A stretch of 64,000 nt of DNA from Octopus bimaculoides (taxonomy: Eukaryota), in contig NC_068982.1 in the NCBI RefSeq assembly GCF_001194135.2, positions 190,739,550-190,803,549 of the forward strand, in the 5' to 3' direction. How positions within the stretch are numbered: position 1 is the first letter of the stretch; the number at the start of each line of letters is the position of its first letter. Both the position numbers and the translations under genes were made by a program. Below, piece after piece: positions 38,587 through 51,812 of this stretch. The notes beneath the pieces were generated by a model that was not told the origin of the DNA, did not search any database, and worked only from the letters and a program-made list of their open reading frames with translations.

Positions 38587-40263
38587 GATGACCCGTTACC
38601 GGCTTTGTCATATATCCAACCTGGGTACATCTTTGGATATCGATGATATGCATTATAGACTGAATTCTTAAATACACAAATGTTAATAAAATATACATAA
38701 CACATATTCATGATATTACACGCGTCACAAAAATACAGGCATGTGAAAGTATAAATACTCTTGCAAACTGCGTGGCGTTCGATTATATGAACAACATGAA
38801 AAACGAGAACATGAAAACAAAAACATGGAAAACGAACTTTTTTTTCGAACAACGAAAGAAACAAACAGAGAAACGAGACAAGCAACATAAAGAACAATCC
38901 CTTCATCAGTTGTCCCCTGTTTTATCTACTCAGCATTTCGAACGTTAGAACAATATGCGTCTTCATCAAAACAGTCGTTCCCGCAAAGCAAATTAAATAA
39001 AACCATTGGTTGCTTTGTTAAACTATAAATAAAGAATATTTATCCACCAAATGAAATGTAGAGAACTCAATCTCACTGTTCCATACTATTGTGTGCTCGC
39101 GCGCGTGTGTGTGTATNNNNNNNNNNNNNNNNNNNNNNNNNNNNNNNNNNNNNNNNNNNNNNNNNNNNNNNNNNNNNNNNNNNNNNNNNNNNNNNNNNNN
39201 NNNNNNNNNNNNNNNNNNNNNNNNNATATATATATATATATATATATAGGTACACGCACATAGATGAATAGATCATAGGCAAAAAGATTGATAGATTGAT
39301 AGCTAGAAAGTTTGTTGAATTCCAGCAGAAGGCTGATGCTTATAATTTTATTTAAAGTTAAAGTGGGAGCAAATAAAAAAAAACACATTTCAGAACAGAA
39401 ATATCGGAACCGCGTCTACCAATAGACCAGACACCGAGTGTTACTATTTTATCCGGTCACAAAGTTGATCGTCCACTTCTTGCTGTCAGTTATCATAACA
39501 GCATCTTCAAGAGTATGAGTGTATCATTAACCGGATGAGCGAAAAATATAAACAACGGGAAGATTCTCTAAATGAAATAATTATATGTGTATACTCCATG
39601 CGTCTTCTTCGAGTTAAAAGTTAAGCTTATAATCCAGCCAACATTTATCTAGAAACGATTATCTTCCTTCCAGTAATTTGACCGCCAAGGCACACCACGT
39701 AATGAAATGTTTCAAGGAAACATTACCTGGTTTTTAAACTCCCGCTACATTACAGACCATATTTAATTTGCTGGGATAAGATCGCTACTTTGTGGTATCT
39801 GGAGTCAATATTGTTTCAGAAAATAATCATCTGTTTATGTTTCCTTTCTACAACTGTTGAACAGTATCTGAAAGATACTAAAGAATTGAACAGAATGAAA
39901 ATGCTATCATAGATTCGGGAAACGAGAATTAAAACAGATGGAGATCGATGATTTACAGAACAAAACAGATCGTTGATTTACCATCAAATGTTCAAACTGG
40001 AAATGGAAAATATATGGAGGCAGTAAATGCGAAAGAAAAATTGAGTATTAGTTGCTCATTCATAGTCAGGAGTTAAGATATCAGAGACAAACCCTAACAC
40101 CAGATCAGTGTAACTAAGAGAAAAATAATAAATTTAGTAGGAATCAGGGGGATAAGAGGATCAAGGTGTGATGGCTAAAGTTGTAGACAATGTAATCTGT
40201 AAATCGATGGTCATGACGATAATCGTATCGTGATGAGGAGGTATACTCGGTCGTATTATGAAA

Positions 40264-40482
40264 GAATACTGGTGGAGTGTTCCTATGAAAACCTCATTAA
40301 AACGTAATTCTAGCAGACTACACAGAATGATCGGGGACTAAAGAAGAAAAAAAACTATAGATAGTAGCTGAAAACAGTTGTCCAGAAGATGATAAAATTA
40401 TGTAAGAAATTGGTGAAAAGATAGACATCCATACCAGCCATTAATGAGAAATATGAAGGTAACCTATCCAGACTATAGCTTC
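40264..40482 (+). mobile_element. R4/Dong-like RLE endonuclease fragment, heavily decayed
   Basis: EYWWSVPMKT...VAENSCPED..I..EI.EK...YQPLMRNMKVTYPDYSF, homologous to the better copy at 58972-59364. Confidence 0.6.
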
Positions 40483-41134
40483 AGCTCTTTAGACGAGGGT
40501 CAGCTGCAAATGTTCATAGGCTGATCAAGATATTCTCGTGGAATGTGACCAAATGAACGATCAACTTCGTGGCCGGATAACATAGTAGAAATCGGTGTCT
40601 GGTCTGTTGGTGTATGCAATGCCGACATGTGTGTTCTGAACTGTGTGTTCTGAACGTTATTTGATCACACTTTATCTTTAAATAAAATTATAAAACATCA
40701 ACCTTCCCTTGAATTCAACAAACGTTGCTTGTTGGGTTATTGTTGTCATTAAATAATAATTTAGGTGAGTGTTTCTTGACCATTTCTTTCTCGACAGATC
40801 CCTTTGGATCCTTTTAAATTTTGCTGGACCTCCGTAACCATTCGCTGTATATGAAAAAAATCTTACTGCATTTATATGATTAAATATTACTAGGAATTGT
40901 ATTAATTATTAAAATATTTTGTGTATTATAGAAGCATAACCAATTTATTGCAGATAGATTTTAAGAACAAAATCTTATTTTGACCCTCAAGGGCCCACAA
41001 ACACCCCCGTTCAGAAACTCTGATTTCGATATCCGAGCAGTTTTTGTGACTTCTTCCATACCAGCAACCAATACAATTGTCGTTTTTCTCAAATACAATT
41101 ACTCAAACAATCTATATTTAATTCATGTTTTATT

Positions 41135-41520
41135 TTTTTATCTTTTACTTGTTTCAGTCATTATACTGTGGCCATGCTGGGGCACCACATTGAAGGGATT
41201 TAGTCGGACAAATCCACCCCAGGACTTATTTTTATTTTTTTTAATCTGGTACTTACTCTGTCACTCCCTTTTGCCGAACCACTAAGTTACGAGGACGTAA
41301 ACACACCAATAACGTTATCAAGCGGCGATAGGGGAACAAACAGATACAAAGACACGCGCACATAGATATATACATGTATACGACGGGATTCTTTCAGTTT
41401 CCATCTACCAAATGCACTCGCAAAGCTTTATTCAACCCAGGGCTATAATAGAAGACACTTGCTCAAGGTGTCACGCAGTGGGACTGAACCCGAAACCATG
41501 TGATTGGGAAACAAGCTTCT
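41135..41520 (-). mobile_element. SINE family A, near full length
   Basis: Family A body and head on the minus strand. Confidence 0.85.
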
Positions 41521-42179
41521 TACCACACAGACACGCCTGCGGCTATTTCTTGCCTATATACAAGCAAGAAATATAAATATATAGACGTTGGAGTTTTCCC
41601 TAAAATGACGTATTTTTTCCTTAGCTGCAAGACTTGTTTTTGCTTTGAGAATCCAGTCTGTTATTCTGACATGTCAGTGTGACCTTCCATACTTCATTTA
41701 ACGGTACACGTGACTGACTTAACACCATCTACGAGTATTTAACTATTACGTTCCCATCGTAACTTCCACCGCCCACTACTTTGATAAAGTATGTCAGAGG
41801 AGACACAACAAGTTTTACTGCTGGTTTGGCTATTTTACTTCCTGGTGTCATTATTGTTTAACAAGCGCCAGGCAATGATGGCGAAGAAAGCCGTCTTTTC
41901 GTTCCAAATCATAGAACATCAAAATGTTTTTGAGATCCTTTTCATTGTGAAACGGTTTCTTTCTTTAGCGAGACATTGTTTTCTTTTTCTCCCTTGGTAC
42001 ACAGCTTGTGAGTTTGTGTCTCGCATGCGCAGAATGTCCGTTCGTTGAAGTAGATTCCTTACAGGTTTCTTTTGCATTCAAAGATTTGAGTTCATGATTT
42101 GAATTTTAATGTATGTATGTATGTATGTATGTATGTATGTATGTATGTATGTATGTATGTATGTATGCTTGTATGTGAA

Positions 42180-42510
42180 GGCGCATGGCTCAGTGGTTAT
42201 AGCGTCGAGCTTACGATCGTGAGGCTGTGAGTCCAATTCCTGAACTGGGTGGTGTGTTGTGTTCTTGAGCAAGACACTTTATTTCACACTGCTACAGTTC
42301 ACTTAGCTGTAGAAATGAGTTGCAATGTCACAGGTGCCAAGCTGTGTCGGCCCCTTTGCCTTTCCCTTGGATAACATCAGTAGTGAGGAGAGGGGAGGCT
42401 GGTATGCATGGGCGACTGCTGGTCTTCCATCAAGCAACCTTACCCGGACTTGTGCCTCAGAGGGGAACTTTGTAGGTGCAATCCCATGGTCATTCATGAC
42501 CGAACGGGCT
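42180..42510 (+). mobile_element. SINE family C variant
   Basis: GGCGCATGGCTCAGTGGTTATAGC...GAGTCCAATTCC...TTCTTGAGCAAGACAC, inserted after (TATG)n. Confidence 0.8.
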
Positions 42511-42971
42511 CTCAAATGTATGTGCATGTATGCATGTATGTGTGTGTGTATGTGCTGCTCTGCCCTCCCGTTGCTGCCCAGCCTGCAGGTCTGACATCTG
42601 CTTTATTCACCCCTTATCTAGATGTCTACGCCCCTGCCCCTAACCTGCATAGTCTTTTGCTTATATATACTCATCCTTTCAGCTAATGATATCTTGAAAT
42701 AAACTGAATAATGGGGCAGCTAATTTCCACAACTGTGCACAGTCCCTCTTCTCTATCCCAAATCATTATATCAGGTCTGTTGTGTTTACATTTTATTGAG
42801 TCCTTCACAGGTACATTCCGCCAGTATTCCTTTTTATCATGAGTGGCTATGGCTTCTACCATATTGTGGGTTCTTATTTCTTTGTCCTCGGGATTATCCT
42901 TCCGACGGATTTCATTATAGTGTTATAGCTTCAACGTGTGTATGTATCTATGGGATGTATGTATGTATATA

Positions 42972-43166
42972 CGTGTAAAATGTGGAAGGGTGTGCCTCTC
43001 AGTTGGAAGTCTAAAAAGACATGTTAAGAGAGTGCATTTGGTGGCACTTGTTTCTCCTGCCAGCCAGCACAGTTGTCTGGTATGTAATAAAATGTGTAAA
43101 AGCTTGGCCGGGCTTAAAAGTTATATAAGGGCATCACATGGCAACGATCAGGAATCATTTCAGTAA
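42972..43166 (+). pseudogene. two degenerate C2H2 zinc fingers, probably an RTE-type LINE 3' end
   Basis: (R)VKC-GRVCLSVGSLKR-H-VKRV-H and CLVC-NKMCKSLAGLKS-(Y)-IRAS-H both have Cx2Cx12Hx4H spacing with one ligand mutated. Followed by stop, a short 3' region and (TATG)n. Confidence 0.55.
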
Positions 43167-43529
43167 GTCTTCTTGGCAATGGCTTTTCTCGTGTAACAAG
43201 GATGCAGCTGTATGATGTTTGTATGTATGTATGTATGTATGTATGTATGTATGTATGTATGTATGTATGCATGTATGTATGTATGTATGTATGTATGTAT
43301 GTATGTGCGTACGTATGTATGTATGTAAGCTTTTGTTTGAGTTTTTTTTATGTCTTTAAGGAAGTTCAAGCCGGTCGCTAACGAAGCGACAAGACTTTTC
43401 GAGTCAAGAGAGTTTACAGTATTTGTAAGCAAATGATTGAATTGGTGTGTTGGTTGAACTGTTGATGCACACACCCAAAGTCTTGGTTTCGTTCGAAAGT
43501 TCCCTGGGCTTTTTTTCGATAGTCTCGCG

Positions 43530-43797
43530 ACCAGATGTAGCACTTGCAGACTTCCATCTCTTCCCCCAAATGAAAATGCAGCTCTAAGGTCACCGTTTTA
43601 ACACCGTTGTCGCGATCCAGAACGAATCGCAGAAGGTTTTCGACTCGCTTACGGAGAACGACTTCCAGGCTGGACTCCAAAAGTGCCAAGAAAGCTGGGA
43701 CCGATGTATTGTTACGAAAGCTGCCTATATAGTAGGAGACGATGTTAAAACTTAGGTAAACAAGTTATTTTTTTTTTATCAAACATGACTAGTCCGT
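43530..43797 (+). mobile_element. mariner 3' fragment, same family as 555-1527
   Basis: CAGATGTAGCACTTGCAGACTTCCATCTCTTCCCCCAAATGAAAAT...GACTTCCAGGC...CAAACATGACTAGTCCG aligns to about 1267-1505. Confidence 0.8.
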
Positions 43798-44960
43798 GAT
43801 CTTCCACGTGGTATTTATTTCATGGTTTGATTACTGCCACGATTTTTTCAAAAATGATTGTTTCTTTGCATTTACTCAAAGATAACCATTCCTTTTACCA
43901 GGCTTGTATTATTGGCAAAAATTATAGGGAATAATATTCATTATCCAGAAGAATGAATACTCCTCTATGTCAACGTGTCTGTACTCGACGTTATGATATG
44001 CTATGACAGGATATGTGTGTGTATATGTATGTATGTATGTCATTATTCAGTTTATTTCAAGATTTCTTGCCAATAGAGAAAGAACCGGTTTCTAACCTAG
44101 ATCCAAGGTTCCTTCATTGGAATTTCAACATCAACAACAGAGTATTTTTGTAAGTATGTATGTATGTATGTATGTGTGTAAAACAGCTAGTCGAACTATG
44201 TAACCCAGATCCGAGCAACTTGTCCATATTCTTGGTATAAACGGAAGGAAGTCAAGACAGATGAAAATTAAATTCAAATAATATTTAGATATATATCAGA
44301 TTCCCAAGTCGATTTCGTCGTACAAGTTTTCTAATTCTTTGAACAGCTGAACTCATTGTAAGTAGCTGGGTATTCCACAGACACTTGTACTTTAACACAA
44401 CATTCAGACAGTACCAATGTGACACAGGGTGTAACAAGGCGATAAGGCTGCCACACACTTTCCGTCTTCCCATTTCATTCAACAAGGATTCGGTAAACCA
44501 GAGACTATGACAGATGTGATATGGCGCACTGGGATTGAACAAGAAATATCGTGATGGTGGAACGAACTTCGGTCATGTATACATGCGTAACTATTTATAC
44601 ACAAAACTTTAAATGTACCTGTGTGCGTGTGCGTGTGCATGCGAGTATGTGTGTGTGTGTGTGTATACATAAATGTGTGAGAGAGTATGTGTATAAGTAC
44701 GTGTGTGTATATATACAAGCGTGCGTGTGTGTATGCTGTGTACAAAAATCCAGATAATGGTGTCTTACAGATAAAAATGCCTATTCTTTGAAACAACGCT
44801 TGCGCACACAAACGCGCGCACGCACGCACACGCACGCACACACACACACACACAAATAAATTCATTATCTGCTGGGTAGATGTCACTTACACAAATATAA
44901 TTGTATAAATAATGCTGCCAACAACAACAACAACAACAATAATAATAATAATAATAATAA

Positions 44961-45352
44961 TGGCTTCAAATTTTAGCACAAGCCCAGCAATTTCGGAAAA
45001 GGAGCTAGTTGATTACATTGACCCCACTGTCCACCTAGTACTTATTTTATCGACCCCGGAGGGATGAAAAGCAAAGTCAACCTCGGCAGAATTTGAACAC
45101 AGGACGTAAGCTGGACGAAATACCGTTAAGCATTCTACTCGGCGTGTCAAGAAGAAGAAGAAGAAGAAGAAGAAGAAGAAGAAGAAGAAGAAGAAGAAGA
45201 AGAAGAAGAAGAAGAAGAAGAAAAATAAGAAGAAGAAGAAAAAGAAGAAGAAGAAGAAGAAGAAGAAGAAGAAGAAGAAGAAGAAGAAGAAGAAGAAGAA
45301 TCCTTTCTACCAAAGGCACAAGGCCTGAAATTTGTGGACAGGGGACTAGTCG
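44961..45352 (-). mobile_element. SINE family B copy plus (GAA)n tail of an adjacent copy
   Basis: Reverse complement of the family B body at 44961-45145, about 50 (GAA) units at 45150-45300, then a second family B 3' end running into a gap. Confidence 0.75.
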
Positions 45353-46051
45353 NNNNNNNNNNNNNNNNNNNNNNNNNNNNNNNNNNNNNNNNNNNNNNNN
45401 NNNNNNNNNNNNNNNNNNNNNNNNNNNNNNNNNNNNNNNNNNNNNNNNNNNNNNNNNNNNNNNNNNNNNNNNNNNNNNNNNNNNNNNNNNNNNNNNNNNN
45501 NNNNNNNNNNNNNNNNNNNNNNNNNNNNNNNNNNNNNNNNNNNNNNNNNNNNNNNNNNNNNNNNNNNNNNNNNNNNNNNNNNNNNNNNNNNNNNNNNNNN
45601 NNNNNNNNNNNNNNNNNNNNNNNNNNNNNNNNNNNNNNNNNNNNNNNNNNNNNNNNNNNNNNNNNNNNNNNNNNNNNNNNNNNNNNNNNNNNNNNNNNNN
45701 NNNNNNNNNNNNNNNNNNNNNNNNNNNNNNNNNNNNNNNNNNTCCCCCCCCCCACAATATTCGACTAATGTTCTATTTTATCAAACTCCGATGGGATGAA
45801 AGGCAAAGGTTAACCATGGCTGGAATCGAAACCAGAACGTGAGCAACCAAATCACTGTATTACCACGCATGCGGTTTAGTATTCGACTGCCTCTTCTGTC
45901 CCTGACGTAATCCACAGGTAGATTCAGTGTGACACGCTCTTGTATCAGAATGTCAATCGTAGGTACACGCGTGCGCGTACACACACGCGCACACACACAT
46001 GCTCACACTTTTGTGTACACACACGTTTCAGTCATTTGACTGCGGCTATGC

Positions 46052-46115
<64 letters not shown>

Positions 46116-46125
46116 NNNNNNNNNN

Positions 46126-46181
<56 letters not shown>

Positions 46182-47161
46182 GCATACATACCTACACACA
46201 TACATAAGTACACCCACACCCACACACACACACATATATATATCACATGTATGTATATAGTTGTGTACATTTATGCTCATATATATTATGCGTACTATAT
46301 ATAGAAATACACGCACAGAAATACATACATAATCACGTATATGTGCATGCATGTATACAATATGCATATGTATGTGCATGCGCATAAATATATGTATATA
46401 CATGTGTGTATATATGTATATATATATATATATATATGCATATTTATATGCATATATATATGCATATATATATGTATATATATATATATATATACATATT
46501 TATATATATACATATANNNNNNNNNNNNNNNNNNNNNNNNNNNNNNNNNNNNNNNNNNNNNNNNNNNNNNNNNNNNNNNNNNNNNNNNNNNNNNNNNNNN
46601 NNNNNNNNNNNNNNNNNNNNNNNNNNNNNNNNNNNNNNNNNNNNNNNNNNNNNNNNNNNNNNNNNNNNNNNNNNNNNNNNNNNNNNNNNNNNNNNNNNNN
46701 NNNNNNNNNNNNNNNNNNNNNNNNNNNNNNNNNNNNNNNNNNNNNNNNNNNNNNNNNNNNNNNNNNNNNNNNNNNNNNNNNNNNNNNNNNNNNNNNNNNN
46801 NNNNNNNNNNNNNNNNNNNNTAAAAGAGTTCCAACACTCTGTTTTTTATGTTTTATTTATATTCCTGCAGAACTAATGTGGGGTATAGAATATGGAATAT
46901 ACAATATATAATATGATATACAATATACAACATAAAATAAAATAAAATAAAAATGGATGGCACCATGAAAGAAAGTATTGAATGTAGATGAAATATTGAG
47001 TGTTCAATATAAAGGATCAAATATATAAATATATAAATATAAATATATATATATAAAGGCGACTCGAGTTTCAGGGCTATTTCCCTTCGTCATGGCCGGT
47101 ATGACAGACTTTAACATATATACATATGTAGATGTGTAGATATATATATATATATACATGC

Positions 47162-47199
<38 letters not shown>

Positions 47200-47540
47200 G
47201 CACACACATAATTTGTTGGTGTTCATGTCTTTTGATTTTATTTCTTTTATTTCCAATCTCAGAACGTATGACGTACGCTGTTCTTCGCTGAAGACTGTTT
47301 CGAAATTAATCCAGGAACTAAAAACGAGAAAAGAAAGAGGAAGAAAAACAGACGAAGCGGTGCCTGGCTGGCATCGCTATGTTAATAAATCTCGCTGCAT
47401 AAATTTCTCTATTGTTTTCATTCTCCGTGTGTGCGGGTGTGTGTGTGTGTGTGCGTACGTATGTGTATGTGTGTGTGCGTATGGGTGTATGTGTGCGCGC
47501 GCGCATTTGTGCGTATGTGTGTGTGTGCATGTGTGTGTGT

Positions 47541-47705
47541 GTTTATGCGTCTGAGTGTGTGAGACAGATTGAGAGAGAGAATATATGACAGAGAGTACGT
47601 GTGAGAAAAAGAGAGAGTGTGTGTGTGTGTTTATGCGTCTGAGTGTGTGAGACAGAGAGAGAGAAAGAGAATATATGACAGAGAGTACGTGTGAGAAAAA
47701 GAGAG

Positions 47706-47710
<5 letters not shown>
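47541..47710. repeat. 88-bp tandem duplication upstream of PDE3 exon
   Basis: GTTTATGCGTCTGAGTGTGTGAGACAGA...GAATATATGACAGAGAGTACGTGTGAGAAAAAGAGAGAG starts at 47541 and again at 47629. Confidence 0.9.
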
Positions 47711-47753
<43 letters not shown>

Positions 47754-47964
47754 TGTGTGTGTGTCTGTGTAAGAGAGAGTTTGTGTGCGTGTGCTACAGC
47801 GATAGTTTTCGAAGTTAGCACTTTTAAAGCATTGTGTAGGCTTCGTTGCCCGTCTAGCCATCCATAGTTTCGTGCTTCGCTTCTCCCCCTCCTCTTCTTC
47901 TTGTGCGGCGACCATTCGGATATCCCATGATTCCCGGCAGCAGCGAGTGTTTTGGGAAACCAAG

Positions 47965-48807
47965 ATGGCTATGCACCGCTCGTCTGTGTCGAGACGGGGC
48001 TCTAAAAACGAGTCCGAAAACGATGAGGAGGAGTCAGAGAACAATGGTTATATCCAGATGCTAGTGAAGCCAATGGAACAAAGTCATTACGGCTTCCTTT
48101 TAAATTGGGTCGGACTGAGTGGGTCTAATTTAAGCGCCCAGCAGGTCCGTGTGGTCTATGGTGTGGCTCTGGTGTTGACGGTGATGTGTGTCTACCAGGT
48201 TTTACAATGCGACATCGGACAGTTATTTTACCGATTATGCATTCTCATAGTACCCATGTTTTGTATTGTAAATGCATTTTATTGGCTTTCACTAGTATTT
48301 CGAAAAAGTTGGAGCAATACTAGTCTCTATCTGCTGTTCTCTTCGTGTTATGTCGGAGAGATCGCGGCCCAAGTCATGTTGGTCCGAAAGAACACGGGGG
48401 TCAGCGGAGAGCCGGACGATGTGTCGTCCATGTATATAATGCAACCGTCTGTGGTGTTGGCTGTACTCATTGCAATCAGTTTTGCTAGTTTATTCTCTTC
48501 GTTAGAAACCTTACAAAGCGCTGCTGTCATACTTTTGGTAAGCTTTACACGTTTTCTCGCCTGCACCTCTCTGGTTGACCTCCCCCAGGGCCTGCGGCCG
48601 TTCGTCGCTTATTCTTGTGGATTTTGTGGTATCATCGTATCGAAATACTTGGAAACCGTATTTAAAACTACAATAAGCAACAACATGACTCAAGATGGCA
48701 AAATTCCTGTCATCAAAAGACGCAGGAGTAGTTCCAGCGCTCATGGATTTTCTGCTCACAAATCTATCAGGCGAACATCTCTACCCGCTTTGATACAAAA
48801 ACCTCAG
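47965..48807 (+). CDS. PDE3: cGMP-inhibited 3',5'-cyclic nucleotide phosphodiesterase (PDE3 family), first coding exon, 281 aa
   Basis: ATG in AAGATGG context, an uninterrupted non-repetitive frame with about 6 hydrophobic segments, and DGKIPVIKRRRSSS...KSIRRTSLP matching vertebrate PDE3A GKIPVFKRRRRSSS...KSHRRTSLP. Ends at a CAG|GTAAGA donor, phase 0. Confidence 0.9.
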
Positions 48808-50194
48808 GTAAGAAGAATTTCTTTTATTCAACCAAACAACGCAATAACATTCTTCGTTCTTCTCTAGTCACGTCTCTCTTTTCTCATCTTTCACATCTCC
48901 AGCCATCTTCTTCAGCTTTCGTCCAACACTTTCAGTTCGCTCTTTCTTTCTTTCTTCTCTCTTTCACCGTCTGTCGCCTTACACACACACACACACGTTT
49001 GCCCTTCTCTCTATCCTTGCATTTACACACATACATACATACGTGTGTGTGTGTGTCTCGATCCCTCTCAAAGCTGTTTCCCTTTCACTGTCCTCCCCCT
49101 CTCTCTCTCTCTATGTCTCCCTTTCTTCTTCTCTCTATCTGCCTCACTCTGTCTGTTTATTCTTCTCTCTCTCACTTTCTTTCACTCTCCGTCTGTCTGA
49201 ATGCTTCTCTCTCTCTCTCTCTCTCTCTCTGACCCCTCTCTCAATACTTGTCACTCGCTTTCATCTCTGTCTGTCTCCCTTATTCTCTCTCCCTGTCTTT
49301 CTGTCTGCTTCTCTCATTCTTTCCATTCATCTCACTATCATTCTCTGTCTCTCTTTCGCATAATGTCTCTAATTTTTTTTAGCCATTAATTCTTGTATCT
49401 TTTCTTATCTATCTCTCTCTATCTTCCTCTTTCTCCCCCCCCCTCTCTCTCTTCCCTTTCTGTCTCCATCTCTTCGTCCACATCTGTTAATATTTCTAAT
49501 CACAAATTACATTCACTTATTACAAACATTACAGAACTACTTATTCACCGCCGACACACAAATATCTCGATTACATTTCTTATATTTTTAACCTGCAAAC
49601 TTTTCTTGTTTTTCTTTCTCGTTAATCCATTTCTTTTTTTAATTTTTTTTATTTCTGTCCTTTTACTCCTTAAAAAACTAAGCCAGTTATCTAGATTTAT
49701 AGATATAACAACATTATTTCTTAGAAACATCTCAGTGTTGCTATTTCTCGAGTAAAATCTAAAATTCTAATCGATGTTGGCAGCATGTTGTGTTTCTGTT
49801 TACGATATGTACAGTCGCGTGTCTAAGTATGGATGAACATTGGTGTCACAAACCTCTTGAACACACTTCAATTAGTGATCCCTCCCTTCCTCTCTACATG
49901 TATCGCGGAATAATAAGGATGATGTGTGGGTGTATATATATATCTATATGAGGAGATTTTTGATCCAAAAGCTTCGCAAAGCAATGATACAATAAAGAAT
50001 TTAATATATTTCAATGTAAAATATAATCATTATTATTTTTCATGTATATCCGACGAGGGAGTTGATGTTTGTACTTGTGTATTCGATGTGTATATTATAC
50101 GCACGTACGTGCTCATATACACACGTACATACCCGCTCGCCTGTATATATAACGACAGATGCAGGCACACACATACAGACGTGTGTGTACGTAC

Positions 50195-50228
<34 letters not shown>

Positions 50229-50238
50229 NNNNNNNNNN

Positions 50239-50269
<31 letters not shown>

Positions 50270-50531
50270 GTATATGATAGTGACGATTAGGTATTTGTAG
50301 GTATATACATACGTACATATATGTATATACGTGTATGTGTCCATACTCACATATTATACGTATACATGAAGGTATGTACATACATGTATACGTATAATAT
50401 GCGTATAGTCACATATTATTTGTATAATATATATACATACATACATCAGTATGTATGTTTATAGTTGTGTACGTATGTATACGCAGATACAAATATGCAT
50501 GTGTGTATATGTATATAAATGTATGTGTTTG

Positions 50532-50596
<65 letters not shown>

Positions 50597-50669
50597 CATC
50601 TTTCGTTTTGACTTGGTGTGTGTGTATATTGCATGTCTATATTTATGTGTGTATATGTATATATGCATA

Positions 50670-50704
<35 letters not shown>

Positions 50705-50938
50705 AATTATGCATATATACATAGATGTGTATGTGTGTATATATACATGTTTGCATATGTAATGTACATGTACCTATATGCGTGTGTATGTATTTACCTC
50801 TATGTGTGTGTGTGTGTGTGTGACTGACTTCCATTTTTCCTGAGCGTCAAACTAATATACCTTGTCTCCATGCCTGTCTCTGTCTTCTGTTCTTTGTGCA
50901 ATTTTGAACCATATACATACATACATAACGTGTGTGTG

Positions 50939-50980
<42 letters not shown>

Positions 50981-51567
50981 CTCGCTGGCACGCACCTGCA
51001 CACAAGAGGGAACCAGAGACAATTTTTAATGTTCATCAATATTTTATTTTACAAGTAATTTGAAAATGAACAGATAAAAATCAATGCAAAAATAAACCCT
51101 GGAAAATTATATACATATGTGTATATGAATCTATATGTGTGTGTGTGTGATATAATAGTATTATGTCATATTAAATGGATACAAGTCACACATGCTGTAA
51201 TGTCTTAGTGAAGGGACAGATTTGTGAGACTGAGACAAATTCGTCGTTAAAATTAATTAACCTTTTAACCAGTTTCAACTCGAGAGTTGTGGCTATGCTG
51301 GGGCACTACCATTAATTTTTTTTTTTCTTTTTATATATTCATTCATTTACATTGAGATCAGACATTCAGTACTACTGTGCAATAGATGCGTAAATAGTTT
51401 GAAGTGTGTCTGATGATGATGATGATGATGATGATGATGGTTCTTGTATAAATCAATAGATTCTGGGATTACCTGTCCACAGGAACAGATTCAGAAGAGC
51501 AGCAGTATTAGCACTTACTACTATGGTATTTTTTAAGTGATTTTGTCACATATATGTTTATTTGTAA

Positions 51568-51613
<46 letters not shown>

Positions 51614-51644
51614 GTCTCTATGCCTCATCATCATCTTCATCTTC

Positions 51645-51812
51645 ATCATGATTTAACGTCCGTTTCCCCTGCTAGCATGGGTTGGACGGTTTGACAGTAG
51701 GTGGCAAGGCCAGGAACCACGCCGGGCTCCATCGTCTGTTGGTTTCTACAGCTGGATTCACTTCCCAACACCAACCACTTTACAGAGTGTACTGGGTGCT
51801 TTTTACGCAGCA
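51645..51812 (-). mobile_element. SINE-like family D
   Basis: Reverse complement of ...CCAGCTGTAGAAAC...CCAACCCATGCTAGCA..GGAAA.CGGACGTTAAA.(GAT)n. Confidence 0.75.

Noticed and set aside
38890-38975. GAAA...CTGATGA on the minus strand, with a homologous segment at about 60860-60905 (GAAA...CTGAAGA)
   Set aside because: The boxes are in type II order, but I could not build consistent stems. Probably PLE-LTR debris, so not called as a ribozyme.
47872-47964. GTG-initiated N-terminal extension of the PDE3 ORF
   Set aside because: Non-ATG start in a eukaryote. The ATG at 47965 has a good Kozak context, so this is probably 5' UTR.
48808-48867. C-terminal VRRISFIQPNNAITFFVLL of the ORF
   Set aside because: Read-through past a canonical CAG|GTAAGA donor into the intron.
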